64,000 nt of DNA, from assembly GCF_964355755.1 (NCBI RefSeq), contig NC_092672.1, forward strand, positions 23,325,237 to 23,389,236, written 5' to 3'. A program made the translations under genes and the position numbers. This DNA comes from Antedon mediterranea. Its lineage: Eukaryota; Animalia; Echinodermata. The notes beneath the pieces were generated by a model that was not told where the DNA came from, searched no databases, and saw nothing but the letters and a program-made list of their open reading frames with translations. Every line of letters begins with the position of its first letter. The first letter of the stretch is position 1. Positions 37,618-51,200 of this stretch are shown one piece after another.

Positions 37618-38723
37618 AATTATTATTTGCAAATATTTTTATGTTGCTTTTGTTTTTCCTTTCATTATTTTGCTCAGTTGTTTTATTGTTTTATTTTGGT
37701 TGCACCACTAACGACAGTGTGTGCCACTGATAAAAAAAGTGATGACCAATAAATAAATATGCCTCGGATGTCAATATAAATTTGTATTGTATTTGAAATA
37801 AATAAGAAGGTATTATAAATGCATATTATCATTTATTTATAGGTCAGCTGGTGCGTTTACAACCGTTAATCTATCCATATCTAGGAAGATATATACACCA
37901 GGCCTAGAGAACCAATTACGGTTATTTAAATAAACGCCAATTGAATAAGCAACCGCCCCCATCCCCTCTCCCACCCCCTCTCCTCATAAAACATCCCTTT
38001 TAATAAACGCCTCTTGACTCTTGAATGTAGTCTATTTCGAATATAGTGTATGGTTTAGGCTAATCGTAAGCTTGTTACGAACTAATCAGGGAGTTTACAA
38101 CTCCCTGAACAATCAAGTTCTAATACTCTAAATTGCATATTTGTTTATGTAGGATGTACAAGGCAGGCAATGCAATTTATTTTAGAGTGATTTCATTTTG
38201 TATATGTTTTAAATTGTATCTTATTCTTATTGCTCTTATTCGCCAGTTTCATAATGTGTCTTTGTTTATGTTTTAATGTTTATCATATTATGGAAAAATA
38301 AATATTAGCAGTATCAGCACTTATTCTTTTTAATAACTATACCTACAGAAAACGTCGTTTATAAATGCTTTTGCTAAATAAGTAGAAAATACGAATTAGC
38401 AATTTACACCCCCGCTAAATACAGACTGGCACTTTAACAATGTGTGAAATATGGTGTTCCAAGTTAACTAGCCAGAGAAATAAATGGTAGGCCCAGTACT
38501 TACATCATTGTAAGATATCAACAAACTGGCCAGTTTTACCGTGACCATCTGCTGCCACCAAGCACTCGACATTCTACGCATACGATTACAGACTGTGCTT
38601 GTTGTTGGCAGAAGGGTCATCAGATCCCCTCCTGGAATTGACATTTGTTATAGTTTAGTTACCTACGAGTAAGTTATGTTGTAATTAATGAATAACAATA
38701 ATTCTTCTCTTTAGTGCTATTTT

Positions 38724-39785
38724 CAGGCCCGTAGCCAGGGGGGGTTTTTATGGTTCGGGCGAACCCCCCCTTTACAGCGAACCCCCCTTAACCGACTGCA
38801 AACCCCCATCCCCGACATGCCCAATACCTCACCCTCATCTCCGAAAATCGTCCAAATACGTGCCCCACAGTACAAAAAGTTGTTCGTAAATTAAAGAATT
38901 CGTAAACTCGTTCGGAATAACTCATACAGTACCTTCTTCTCTGTATGAGCGTACTTCGAGTGATATAGTCTGTAAAGAGTTGCAAATGAATTGCCGATTT
39001 TAACCTGAAAAACAAATGTTTGGTCCCTGCATGTAACATGATATTGACGCGTCTCACAGCGAGCTGGGGGACGGACGAACGATTCGTACAAAGGACACCG
39101 CCAGACAACTGCGTACCAATTGTTTAGATCACTGGCAGTCAGGCAGCATGCATAAAGTATATAGCCTTCCGACATACATCAGTATTTATGTGTGGCTATG
39201 AAGTATAATGTATCATAGAGGATTATAGTGAATATTAATATTTTACACTATAATATCTATGGTATCATGTACTGTATAGTTTACATTATGACATCCGATT
39301 ATTTTTTTATAGACCACCAGCCGATACGTACTCAAATGTATCAATATCACCTATTTACATTGGCATATTTAATTTCCTCAACAAATTGCTGTAAATAAAT
39401 ATTATAGATAGAGCTATAATAAGAATTGCATTTGCCTTCACCCAGTGTGCTTTTTTCGGGGCTTCTCCTAGACGTACGTTCGCATTGAACTTGAAAGCAA
39501 AACAAAATATCGAGTAAATGATCAAACAATCGGCGGTTCCGCACAGAGCACGCGCATCTAACATACGGCAACAAATGTTATCGTTAGTCCACGAGTCCAA
39601 GTACGATCGTTTTGCTCATTGGTAGCATGCTGCATGAGAGTGTCTTTTCCGGCCATCTAGGGGTGTTGCTTCGTCTCAGGCCCAACCCCAGTGGGGGGGG
39701 GGTAGGTATTGGGGTGGGGGTGACCCAAATACTTAGTGTGCAAACCCCCCCCCCCCCCCCTTGACAGATCCTGGCTACGGCCCTG
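38724..39785. mobile_element. Non-autonomous hAT-like DNA transposon with 5-bp TSD
   Basis: TIRs CAGGCCCGTAGCCAGG / CCTGGCTACGGCCCTG (15 of 16 complementary); flanked by ATTTT on both sides; poly-G/C subterminal tracts. Confidence 0.85.
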
Positions 39786-40612
39786 ATTTTAAAACGTTGG
39801 GAAGAATATTAATGCTGCCTGTCTATTTAACTTAAAATCAAGAAATGTCATTGTGTCGCGACAGTTTTTTTAAATACATTTATCTTGTACATTAAAACTA
39901 GTATCCAGTTGTGATTGATTCTTGCTATACAGCTGCAATATCAATAATTTGTAGTGCTGGTTTTTCTATCTTAAACTTATATAAACCACAATGTATTCTT
40001 GCTAGTAACAATACTCATAAACATAAAGTTATAAAAAGTACAAGAACATTGTTAACGATATTTTTTCGTAACAAATAAATTGATCTGGTAGGCTTACAAG
40101 CAAAAAACGGAAGTTTGATAAATGCAAGCATTCATTGTTCTGCTTTACACACCTTGAGAAAAATAATGCAATCGTGAATAACAAAACAAAATAACAACTC
40201 CCTGAACAAACAGTGATACAGAAACTGGCGGTGCTTGTTTTCTCTTTAAGTTTTAAATAGCACAGTGTATCATTGCTCCAATATGAATAATATAAAGAAG
40301 TTATACAAAGTACAATAACAGGCCTCTCATTGTTACCAATCTCTTCTCCAATAAACAAATCTTTCTAGTACCGGCAAATCGGAAGTGTGGTAATTGTAAA
40401 AGAACAAAATGAAACAAATTTAAGCTCCAAATATTATTTGTTTTACAGCTTTATATAAGGCAGCTTTAAAAGTTCAATAATATTTACTGATTTATTTTGT
40501 TTTATAAATACTAGTAATTCGCAGAAAAAAGCGCAGCTTAAAAGAAAAATGAAACAAGTTCTGATGAGTATAGGCCTATTGTTATACCGATAAGGAAGTA
40601 CAGTAGACCTAC

Positions 40613-41895
40613 AATAATAATAGTCAATAAATTTTATTTGGAAATTGCACCTTTACACAGTAAGTGGTGCATCCATATTAAACACAATTAACATAAAATA
40701 ACGGATACGGATACTTAAGCTAATTTACAAAGTTAAAAGATTAAAAAAAAAAATAATAAATATATAATTAAATAAATAAAAAAAAAATAAAAAATTAGTA
40801 CTATATACTGTGGCAATATTTGTCTGACATGAGCTGATACATCATTTTAGTTAAATATATTTATATATGCATAAAGAGGAAGTAGTTACAAAAATAATTG
40901 TTGATGATGCTATTAAAATTGTAATGATAGATAATATTGAAGTTGTTTCTTATACAGTATAGTAATAACAATAATAAATAATGATACAAAATGAAATATA
41001 TAAAAAAAAAAAAAAAAAAAAAAAATACATTCACATAACGTCATAAGTTACTATGAAAAAAAAAATCTTAACTATACTATACTTAACTTAAAGTAAAGTA
41101 AATATATTTAATGTAAGGTATAGCATGTTAATCATTACATTTACAGTTATACATTAGTAGTACCAGACTGGTATTTAAATATTTTACATTTTGGTACGTG
41201 AAGCCCATGCTTGTTTTAAATAGCTTTTGCAAAACATGTCAAATATTTCATTTACTTTATTAACAATTGCTGGTTGCGCCCCAGTAGGAAGGCTAGTGTC
41301 ACTTCCTAGTGTTAGTTTTAGTTTTAATACTGGGTTACCTAGTAAGAAGTGCAACCAGAATGTATAGAGATTACTATTATGTAGGTTACGCTAAAGTTTA
41401 CAATATTCCGTTAAGCGTAGATCATCAAAATATTTGCATTTGAACATAAAATGTATAATGTCTTCTTTATCATTTTTACATATAGGACATGTACCATCAT
41501 TATCTTCTTCCCATATGGATTTCTTAAGGTTAAGTGCAAGTGTATTTGATCTTGCCTTAAATTTAAGACTTGCCCCTAAGAAATCTAATTTATCTAAAAG
41601 ATACGGCTCTATATATGGTGTGGATTTAAGTGTGACATAATTCTTCAATGAAGTTTTTTTCTGGCTTGGTCAAAAATTTGGATACCATCAATATTTTAAT
41701 TATATTTGTTGAAATGTTTACCCATTGATTGTTAGTATCTGTCGTTAATTTAAACCTGTGGCTCATTCCATACGAGTCTAGTGTATTTTGCATATGGTTG
41801 TACCATTTCCATTTGAAAGTAGACGTATGACCAATGAATAGCATTACACTAAAAGCCAATTTGGGCCATCAACTCATATCCATCTTTACTAAACG
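40613..41895 (-). mobile_element. Decayed LINE 3' fragment, same family as 2666-3810
   Basis: ORF 41391-41648 IEPYLLDKLDFLGASLKFKARSNTLAL...CPIC...EDIIHFMFKC is clearly homologous to ORF 3041-3541; same 3' terminal motif. Confidence 0.8.
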
Positions 41896-41899
41896 ATTT

Positions 41900-42238
41900 A
41901 AGATATCAATTCGTTGCAAGAAAATATAACATCAATTAAATTGCTTGTCTTCGTTCGGCTGATCAAAACCTACTACTTGTTCCTAGAATTAACACCAAAT
42001 CTTATGGACAAAGGTCGTTTATGTTCTCTGTTGCTTCTCTTTGGAATTCTCTCCCTCGTCATTTTACTCATTCAACTTCTATTGCTATTTTTTTTTAAGA
42101 ACTTAAAACGCATCTTTTTAACATCAAATATAAGCGCCTTTGATTTTTACTTCGGTTTAGTTGATTCTGGCGCTATACAAATACCTAAATTATTATTATT
42201 ATTATTATATTATTATTATTATTATTATTGTTAGTGTT

Positions 42239-42279
<41 letters not shown>

Positions 42280-42280
42280 A
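41900..42280 (+). mobile_element. L2-like LINE 3' end with (TTA)n tail
   Basis: SVASLWNSLP...KNLKRIF reading, GGCGCTATACAAAT terminal motif, then a (TTA)n microsatellite at 42189-42278. Confidence 0.7.
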
Positions 42281-43399
42281 GTTGATTGTACATTACAGGG
42301 ATCAATTTGGCCGCGCCCTGGTTGGAAACTTTTATATTATGTACAATATTTAGGTTTTTTTTATTCATGCAGGTTTTTTTACAGAGCCTCACAATGTTAT
42401 TTTATGTCCGTTCATTTTTTTTTTATTAAATCGAAAACAAAAGGGAATTAGAATTTTGAAAGTGTGCAATAAGCAATTATGTCCGATTTTCACTTATATT
42501 TTTAATATTATTTTTTATTAGTGTAGGTCTACTGTTCCACGCGTATATTTATATTATCAACCCATTGCCAAAAGTAAATAAACCCAGTGTACCAACAGAT
42601 TTTAGGGCAGTTACAATTACGTCTAACGTTACCGTAAACGTTTAGAAAGATTGAATGTATCAAGACTCAAGGAAACATTTGTAATGTAGCCTAGATAAGA
42701 ACCAATTTGCATCCAGAGCTCAACGATGCTGTTAATTCTTTTCTCCATAATATTTACCAACGCCTTGATCCAAACAAAGTTATGTAAATGGTCTATCTTT
42801 ATCGATTTCCCCAGTTCATTTAACACTATTTTACCTCATATTTTAATTGAGAATGCGTCAATAAATGTCAGTACCCATTGTAGTAGGCCTACATTGTAGG
42901 AGATTGTTAATAGACAAAATTTCCGGTATAGAATAGGAAAGAAATTTACGCGAAAATATCTTTCAGAACAATTATTCATTGTTGCAAATATTTACGCCTC
43001 CATTCTATATATTATCCAACGATAATATATACTTTACAATTTAATTCTGAATGTAAATGTTGTTAATGGATGGCTATACTTGTTTGTGTTATTATTCATA
43101 CATCTAGATTCGTGGTTGACTTTTTAATAGGTTTGACAATGCTATACAATTCATTTCATAATTCATAATTTTCGTCGATTTTAGCTTGTAATTTGTATTC
43201 ATTAAACAATTTCATACATTCACAATTCTTGAAGATGAACAGGCAAAAAATGTACTTAGTATCTGTTACTGTACAATATTATTTTCAGATGTTTCCTTTA
43301 TAAACCTCACTTCCTGAACAAGACCATTAAGTTTACAATTATGAACTATTTCTAATAAGGAAGTTCATCTTAAATGTGTTGAATTGGTGCAGGATAGGC

Positions 43400-46300
43400 A
43401 TTTGTATCCTGTCTCAAGGTTGTCAGGTCAGGTTTTGTTCCATGTAAGTTTACAGTTGCTGCTACCATCGCGTCAAAGGGCGCGTTTATACAACACGCAT
43501 TACACGCATATTCTACACGCCTACGAGAAGTGTGTTGTATAACAACAAAAGTTGTGTTTATGAACATTTAAAGTATCTGGATATGCCAGAGGTCTCTCCT
43601 GGACAAGGCTAAATCAAAATTCTCCCTACCGTTTACAGACTTCTAGTTATCCGGCTACTCATGGCCTTATTTTCAGCCTGATTTGCGTGATTATCTCATA
43701 AAATACATTGTTTAATCCAGCAAGGTCGCCTTCAACTTCCCTGAGGACAAGCCAACCCTCCAAATTTGCCGGGCTGAGGTTGGTCCGGATAACACAGGTG
43801 GTAGTACTCAAAAAAGTCATTAAGGGTCGTTAAGGCATGATTAATGACCCCAAAAGATGACAAGTTATCCGGATACTTGCTGTTTGTAAACGGGCCCATA
43901 GAGATTCCGTGTAATGAGATTTTAATTGCAAAAAAGGCTACTTGGCTGAATCCTAAAATTTGGTGGATTCCCGGTCGCCGTTACCGTGTTGGAAGTGTCC
44001 TCAGGGTATATTTTGACCTCTCGTTAAAACAGGTCGTAATATCAATCATGTCATGCGACGTTGCTAACAAGATTGGGCCCATTTATTGCTGCTTCGCTGC
44101 CAGCAATCATCCTCCTACCACGTCTTACGCCTAGCCATAAATCAGCATTAAATAAGCGGGTAAATCTTTATGGAATTCATTCAAAAGGAAAGCAATATGC
44201 TTAACATTGAATGTGAAAGATATAACAATAAAGAAACAAGTATAGAAAAATGGGTAGCTTTAAGAAATACTATTATGTTAATATAAATTCTAATTTGCTC
44301 GATTATCAAAAAAGGAATTCACTGTGATACGAGTTACAGGTGGTGCTGATCTGATTTAATTCGTTTTATATTGTATATAAATACATTGTATAATCCGGGT
44401 TGTAAAATTAAAACAAACAATTGAAAATCTCACAAATTCTTTATGTGTAAAATATTTTAAAACGAAGAACATTAATGAAAATAGGAGGCAATACGGAATT
44501 CATAAATGTAAAAAATGTTACTGATGAATTGTAACGACATTGGGAATTAATGAATGTGGATAAAAGTGGTGTTTGCGCCACAAAAGAGAAAAAAAAAGCT
44601 ATCGATGGAATGGTGGGTACGAAATCCATGATAATTTAGTTACTTATCTAAAATAAATTCAACGGGAACCTGATTTTACAAGAGGACCTCTTATATGAGT
44701 TTGTGAGGACTCCGTTTATAGAGGACATCTTAATATCTGTCATGTTCTAAAGACTCCTTAATATCAGTTCAAATTGATCAGTTCTTTTCTAATGAAGAAT
44801 CTGGGCAATTTACAATCAAGCAACAACACCACATAATTCTACGTGAATTCTGCTGTACGCGAGCTAGCCTTAATAATACCGCCTGATTACGGTATATAGG
44901 CCTACAGTATTAGCTTCAGAATAAATGACGACGTATTCTACAGATATTAAAACAAAATGAAAATATTAAATTGGCTTCGTCGAAATGTTGTACCTTGATA
45001 GACAGACCCCCAAGCAGACAGCCCACATTACTGTACAGACAATCTGCACTGCAGCACAATCTATTGGTTTTAACTGTACACGCGGTGATTCAACTAAAAG
45101 TAGTAAAAACATTTTGGCACACAAGGCGTATCATATAATTTGCGGACCATGACCGAAGCACTTCCGCTTCGATCTATTCGACGAAAATCAAAAAAGGATA
45201 ACTATTTTCTGCTTTATATTTAATTTAATGTAATAGCTTGATCTAATAACAGGCGTAACAACACAGAATACATATTGTAGTTTAATACTGGCTTAAATAT
45301 GTTTGTTTTATATAAACTGTATTTTACAAAATTACAATAGAACTTCATTTTGCAATAGTACCTAATTTGGCGCCTTAGACGCCAAATTAAGTGCGGTACC
45401 TCATTTGGCAGTGGTACCTCATTTGGCGTGACAGGGCCAACTCGTATTGGTAGTAGGCCTCTATCATTTCCCACTCCAAACAGAAGAAAAAATAACATCG
45501 CAAAAATGGCATCTTCTTCCATAGTGTATAGATGAAACAATGAAACCCTTAAAATAACTTTTATTAAATGAACCGAGAACAAAATTAACACAATGCAAAC
45601 GTGAACGAATACAATAATGAAAATGGTAAAAACCGCGCGAATACATCGGACAGCGAGGAGGCGACGATGATTGTTGACAACTCCGCCAATTCAAGCGATC
45701 AACGATTTGACCTTTTATCCTAGCATGCACTGCGTGTTGATGAAACTTCCGGTACAACACGGTATTTCTATTACACGCATATTCTACACGCCTACGAAAA
45801 GTGTGTTGTATAACAACAAAGAGATTCCGTGTAATGAGATTTTAATTGCAAAAAAGGCTACTTGGCTGAATCCTAAAATTTGGTGGATTCCCGGTCGCCG
45901 TTACCGTGTTGGAAGTGTCCTCAGGGTATATTTTGACCTCTCGTTAAAACAGGTCGTAATATCAATTATTGCTAACAAGATTGGGGCCATTTATTGCTGC
46001 TTCGCTGCAAGCAATCATCCTCCTACCACGTCTTACGCCTAGCCTAGTGGGGCCAACTCGTAGTGGTAGTAGGCCTCTATCGTTTCCCACTCCAAACAGA
46101 ATAAAAAAAATAACATCGCAAAAATGGCATCTTCTTCCATAGTGTATAGATGAAACAATGAAACCCTTAAAAATAACTTTTATTAATTTAAATGAACCGA
46201 GAACAAAATAAATAAACAACAATGCAAACGTGAACGAATACAATATAATGAAAATGGTAAAAACCGCGCGAATACATCGGACAGCGCGAGGAGGCGACGA

Positions 46301-46885
46301 TGATTGTTGACAACTCAGCCAATTCAAGCGCGATCAACGATTTGACCTTTTATCCTAGCATGCACTGCGTGTTGATGAAACTTCCGGTATAACACGGTAT
46401 CGTGATTTCTAGTATAACAGCAAACGTTAAGGTGGGTTGACCTCGGTCCGAACAACACGCTAAAAATTAAAGCCGTGTTCAAATTTAGGGTGTTGTATAA
46501 ACACGACCTAGTACAACATGCAGCAAACGTTAAGGTGGGTTGACCTCGGTCCAACAACACGCTAAAAATTAAAGCCATGTTCAAATTAAGGGTGTTGTAT
46601 AAACACGACCTTCAAGTCAGAGGCTATAATTAGCGGATATTATCCTGTCTCAAGATTGTTCAAGTCAAGTTTAGTTCTATGTAAGTTTAAGTTTACAGTT
46701 GCTGCTACCATCGCGTTATTAGTGGATATTATCCTGTCTCAAGATTGTTCAAGTCAAGTTTAGGCCTAGTTCTATGTAAGTTTACAGTTGCTGCTACCAT
46801 CTCGTCCAAGTCAGAGGTTATTAGCGGATATTATCCTGTCTCAAGATTGTTCAAGTCAAGTTTAGTTCTATGTAAGTTTACAGTG
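43400..46885. repeat. Patchwork of locally duplicated modules, with Harbinger-like TIR sequences
   Basis: 43900-44133 = 45821-46043; 45432-45765 = 46050-46400; 43499-43550 = 45770-45820; 43405-43475 recurs three times in 46640-46885; 46418-46510 = 46521-46611. Confidence 0.85.
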
Positions 46886-47677
46886 TTATTCAAGTTTACA
46901 AACGCTACCCAGGCTACTTTCAAATACAATTATTTGGATTTAATCGGTTTACTTTATAGTGATTTTATGTTCAATTGGTTAGCAGATAAAAGGTATGTTA
47001 TTTCTACATTATATTACTCTATATGTTTAGAACGAGATTATTCACACTTCTACTAGTTCATTCGGCGTGAGTAGCAACAAATTGACGACAATCATCACCC
47101 CTAAGTTGAAACATTGAATCAAATATCAACAAAATATACAATTGTGTTTATTTGCATGGTATCGCACACGTCATTGTCTTACAACAATTAAATAATTTTA
47201 GGGTGGGACAGTACCTAATTATAACATTCGTATCGAGCAACCGACCAGTGATTTAGTATTATAGGTCGTAACAGCCGTCCCAACCGATCTTAGTCAGTTA
47301 TAAACATTTTGAAAATAATTGAAAATCTAAACTTATACAATGTACCACAAATAACATTTTGTTGCCATAGGCCTAATTACAAGAACAGTTCTAATATTCC
47401 AATAACCGGGCCACCAGGACGAGAAAGCTTGACTGACACTTATTAAGCATGTGTGAATATTGTATGAATAAATATTGCAATAGAACTATACTGTATGTAT
47501 GTATGCATCTACGGTGTCTCTTATTAAGCATGTGTGAATATTGTATGAATAAATATTACAATAGAACTAGCCTAGTATTAGTCCAGTAAAGATAAGTCAA
47601 AAATAGGGTGAACCTAGAACAAATTGCAACATAATTTTTTTTTTTTGTCTGGTAAATATGGTTCAAATGAATATCAT

Positions 47678-48215
47678 ATCCAAAGTTTACCAAAATCGGA
47701 CATCGGGAAGTGGGTTAATTAGCATAAATTCAAAATGGCCGCCATTTGCTATTTTGAAGCCTCATATCTCTCTAACGGTTGGATTTAGACCACCTAAGTG
47801 CATTACGAGTAGATATAAATGTGATATTAAACATTCTAATTAGCATATTTAAATTTCCATATGACGTACTTATGACGTCATATGGTAGTTGTGACGTCAT
47901 ATATTATGTTATAAACTGTTTAAATGACATTATACTATTCGAACAATTTAGGGACTGCAAGAAAACATGTTTCTTGACATTCTCCTTGTTAAAATGAACA
48001 TTATTTCCAAAGTTTACCAAAATCAGACGTCAGGAAGTGGGTTAATTAGCATACATTCAAAATGGCCGCTATTTATCATACCATTTTGAAGCTCCATATC
48101 TCCTTAACGCCTGGTTTTAGACCACCTAAGTGCATTGAGAGTAGATATAAATGTGATATTAAACTTTATAATTAGCATATTTAAATTGCCATATAACGTA
48201 CCTATGATGTCATAT
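47678..48215. repeat. ~210-bp diverged direct repeat x2 (fragment of a non-autonomous element)
   Basis: TCCAAAGTTTACCAAAATC...GGAAGTGGGTTAATTAGCATA...CAAAATGGCCGC at ~47680 and ~48006. Confidence 0.8.
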
Positions 48216-51200
48216 CTCAATTGGCATTATTCTAAGGGGAAAATATAGAAACCGAAAGGAAAAAAATGTTTTTAATCTCATGAAAATAGTAGAACATTTA
48301 CCACATCCAGGTTAAGATCATGGATATCAGAAGTTATTCGGCCACCCTTCACAACATGCAATAGAACATTCCAGTTAATTTTCTGCAACTGCAACTTTTT
48401 ATAACTGCATATATATCTCATATATCTCATATATATTAAAAAAAATAGGATTCTTAATTAAGTAATGAGTCTGGGATTTAATAATTCGACCCCATCCTAA
48501 ATATGGAGTTGGATCACAGTAAGTTTCCAATCCAAAGTACATACATAGAAAATGTAATGTTGGCGCCGTCAAAATACTTCCACCATACATGTAGGCACAG
48601 CAAGTCTACTTCATTGGCTTTTCTGATGTCTTTTTAAATTTTGGACCAATCAGTTCTTGCTTAGAATAGAATGCATCCCCTGTTTATTTGCAAGTGCAGA
48701 GCATTACAAAGATGTTGCAAATTTGCTCCTTAAGATGTTTTCTTTAAGTACCAATTATTCCCCGGACCTTGGGATTGGAAGGCAAACACCAACCTCCATG
48801 ATACAGCTCCACTCCAATGGCTGTCAATGGTGAAAACATAACGGCACACAACATAACATAAACATGCTTCGTAGTTTCTTTTCTCCAACTACAATTTGGT
48901 TTCTAATTACTCCTGTAAAAAATGTGCATTATGATGATTACGTCATTTTACAGACAAAGGAAACTTTATATTATGCGTTTTCATAAATAGGTGAATAAAC
49001 ATATACAGTACATATTTGTTTTTTTATTGACGAGGTTGTAATAGTAACTTCAGTAACTATTACAGTATATTTATTTGTTATACGACACAAGTCAAGTGTA
49101 TCTGATAGGTAGGCCTACGTGCATTTATTCGAAAAAATAAGTCTAGATAGATCACTTAGGCGTCTGAAATCACGGCCCAACAAATCATGGCCCATGACAT
49201 CAATTCGATCTAGTTTTGTTCACACAAATGTTTCCAGGAATTTTAACACCGCAACCAATGATTAGCCCTAAATTTAGTAAACTGTATGATAATCCTTAAC
49301 TTAATAAGAGGTAGGCTACAGTTTAATTTGTTACTAAATAAGAGCTAGCGTTTCCGCCGATCGCAGAATATCTTACTGTATTTATTTAGTGTGGTTCTTA
49401 TACTGTATAAATACAATCAACTTTATTACTGCGGTTTCATCACCACCATCCCGTGCCGCCCAATCCACATCAATTAATTGTTCTTTATGGTATGCAGTAT
49501 TCGTTATTTTGTCTTTATTTCTGAATACCCCAATTAAGGGGACATTTCCGTTTTTGTTTAGTGTCCCAATGTCCCCGTGAGTTCTATTGTATTCGAGAAC
49601 ACTGGATGCACATCTGAGTCATAGAAAACTTTCTGAATGCTTTAAAAGAAGAAGAAAGTGCTCTTGTTGAAACTTTTAAGAAGTCTACGAAAATTAATAT
49701 GACGGATAGATTACAATTTGATGAAGCTACTGTTGGATACAGTATGTATGTAAAGACAAACTTAAACCTGAACAAATACATTGTCAAAAATGTGAGAAGG
49801 AAGATAAAAAATACATATCAATTTTATCCTATAAGTTTAGTGCAATTTATTTCAGTGCACAAACTGCAGTGTTCGCGGCTTTCACGCTACAGTAATTTCA
49901 CTGCAGACTTCTTACGCAGTTGTTTACCGCTTGAAAATTTGGACGCTTACATTATTGATAGGATAGTCACATTATAGCGGTGTCATGAACACGGGATCAG
50001 ATAATTCAAACACAAGTTTAATAGTAGAGTAAAGCAATGTTAATGCATATACTGTACAAATGGTAAATATGTGATAACCGTTGTTACACAAAACCCTATG
50101 TGCACTACTTGTGTTACGATTACACAATCTGATAAAATGAAAGTTACCAGGCATGTGTGTAAACCGTGTGGATCTGTCTCGCTGCGTTAGTCAAATTTCC
50201 ATGGACACCCAATTATTTTTCCAATTAAATATCATGTTTTGTTTAATTATATAAAACAAAATTAGACTTTTTAGTTTCCTCAATATTTGGACTTTAAAAT
50301 GATATGTGATTTTAAATGTATAATTAGATGTGATGTTTGTATAGCCAATAGAAGACCTGCTAGTCCCTCTCGACGGCGGACACGCAATATAATTTTTTTT
50401 TAAGTGCATGGACTCTACGCGTCGAAGTATGGGTGGATACACTGTAAAAGGTAGCAAAACTGTGATTTCCGACGAGATAACACATATTTAAGTGATGTGA
50501 TTTATGAAATAATATGAAGCTTTCATTTCTACACATTTTACCGTTAAGATAAAACAAGTATACAGAGAAAATTTATATTACAGAGCTGAAACGATATAAA
50601 GAACATTCAGTATTATAAATTGAGATTCAATATAATAATAATAATAATGATAAGATGTTTTGTTTAATTCTTTGATAAAATTGTATAGTTTTAAATTGAT
50701 AAAGAAAGACATTTTGAACATAATGCTTTCAAGATTTACATGAATTATATGATAAAATAACAAACTAATATACATTGCAAAACTAAACCCAAACCAAGTA
50801 TGGACATACGCCCTCGTTGCTAGCCAGGTTTATTAGCTAGCACCAGTTGTGTCTCGGTCATCCCGGACACGAACTTTGAATCCTCTGAATAAAAACAGTA
50901 CTAGTAAAATGTTTGGAATAATAGTGCAATTTCCGGACAGATTCCATAATTCCCAAAATTTGTCAGCATTAGCCTGAACCATGTAGGTGGGCTAATTTAA
51001 ATTTACCAGTAGATCATTACCAAACTAGCCCTTGATCCCCACAATGGCTCTCTGTATTAAACTACAAAATGATATCTTAAACCAGTCCATTGACAATGAA
51101 AAGACAAATCTGATAACTTAAATCTAGGTCTATATATTATATAGACCTAGATTTTTTGTAAAAATAAATACTATTACTATACAGACCTATTGCGAAAAAA

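Noticed and set aside
43844-46584. Duplicated 96-123 aa ORFs as a gene family
   Set aside because: ORFs cross module junctions and differ at indels between copies; no recognisable domain.
49540-49800. Possible hAT dimerisation-domain remnant (SVPMS...DRL...MYVKTN)
   Set aside because: Similarity too weak and fragmented to support without a profile search.
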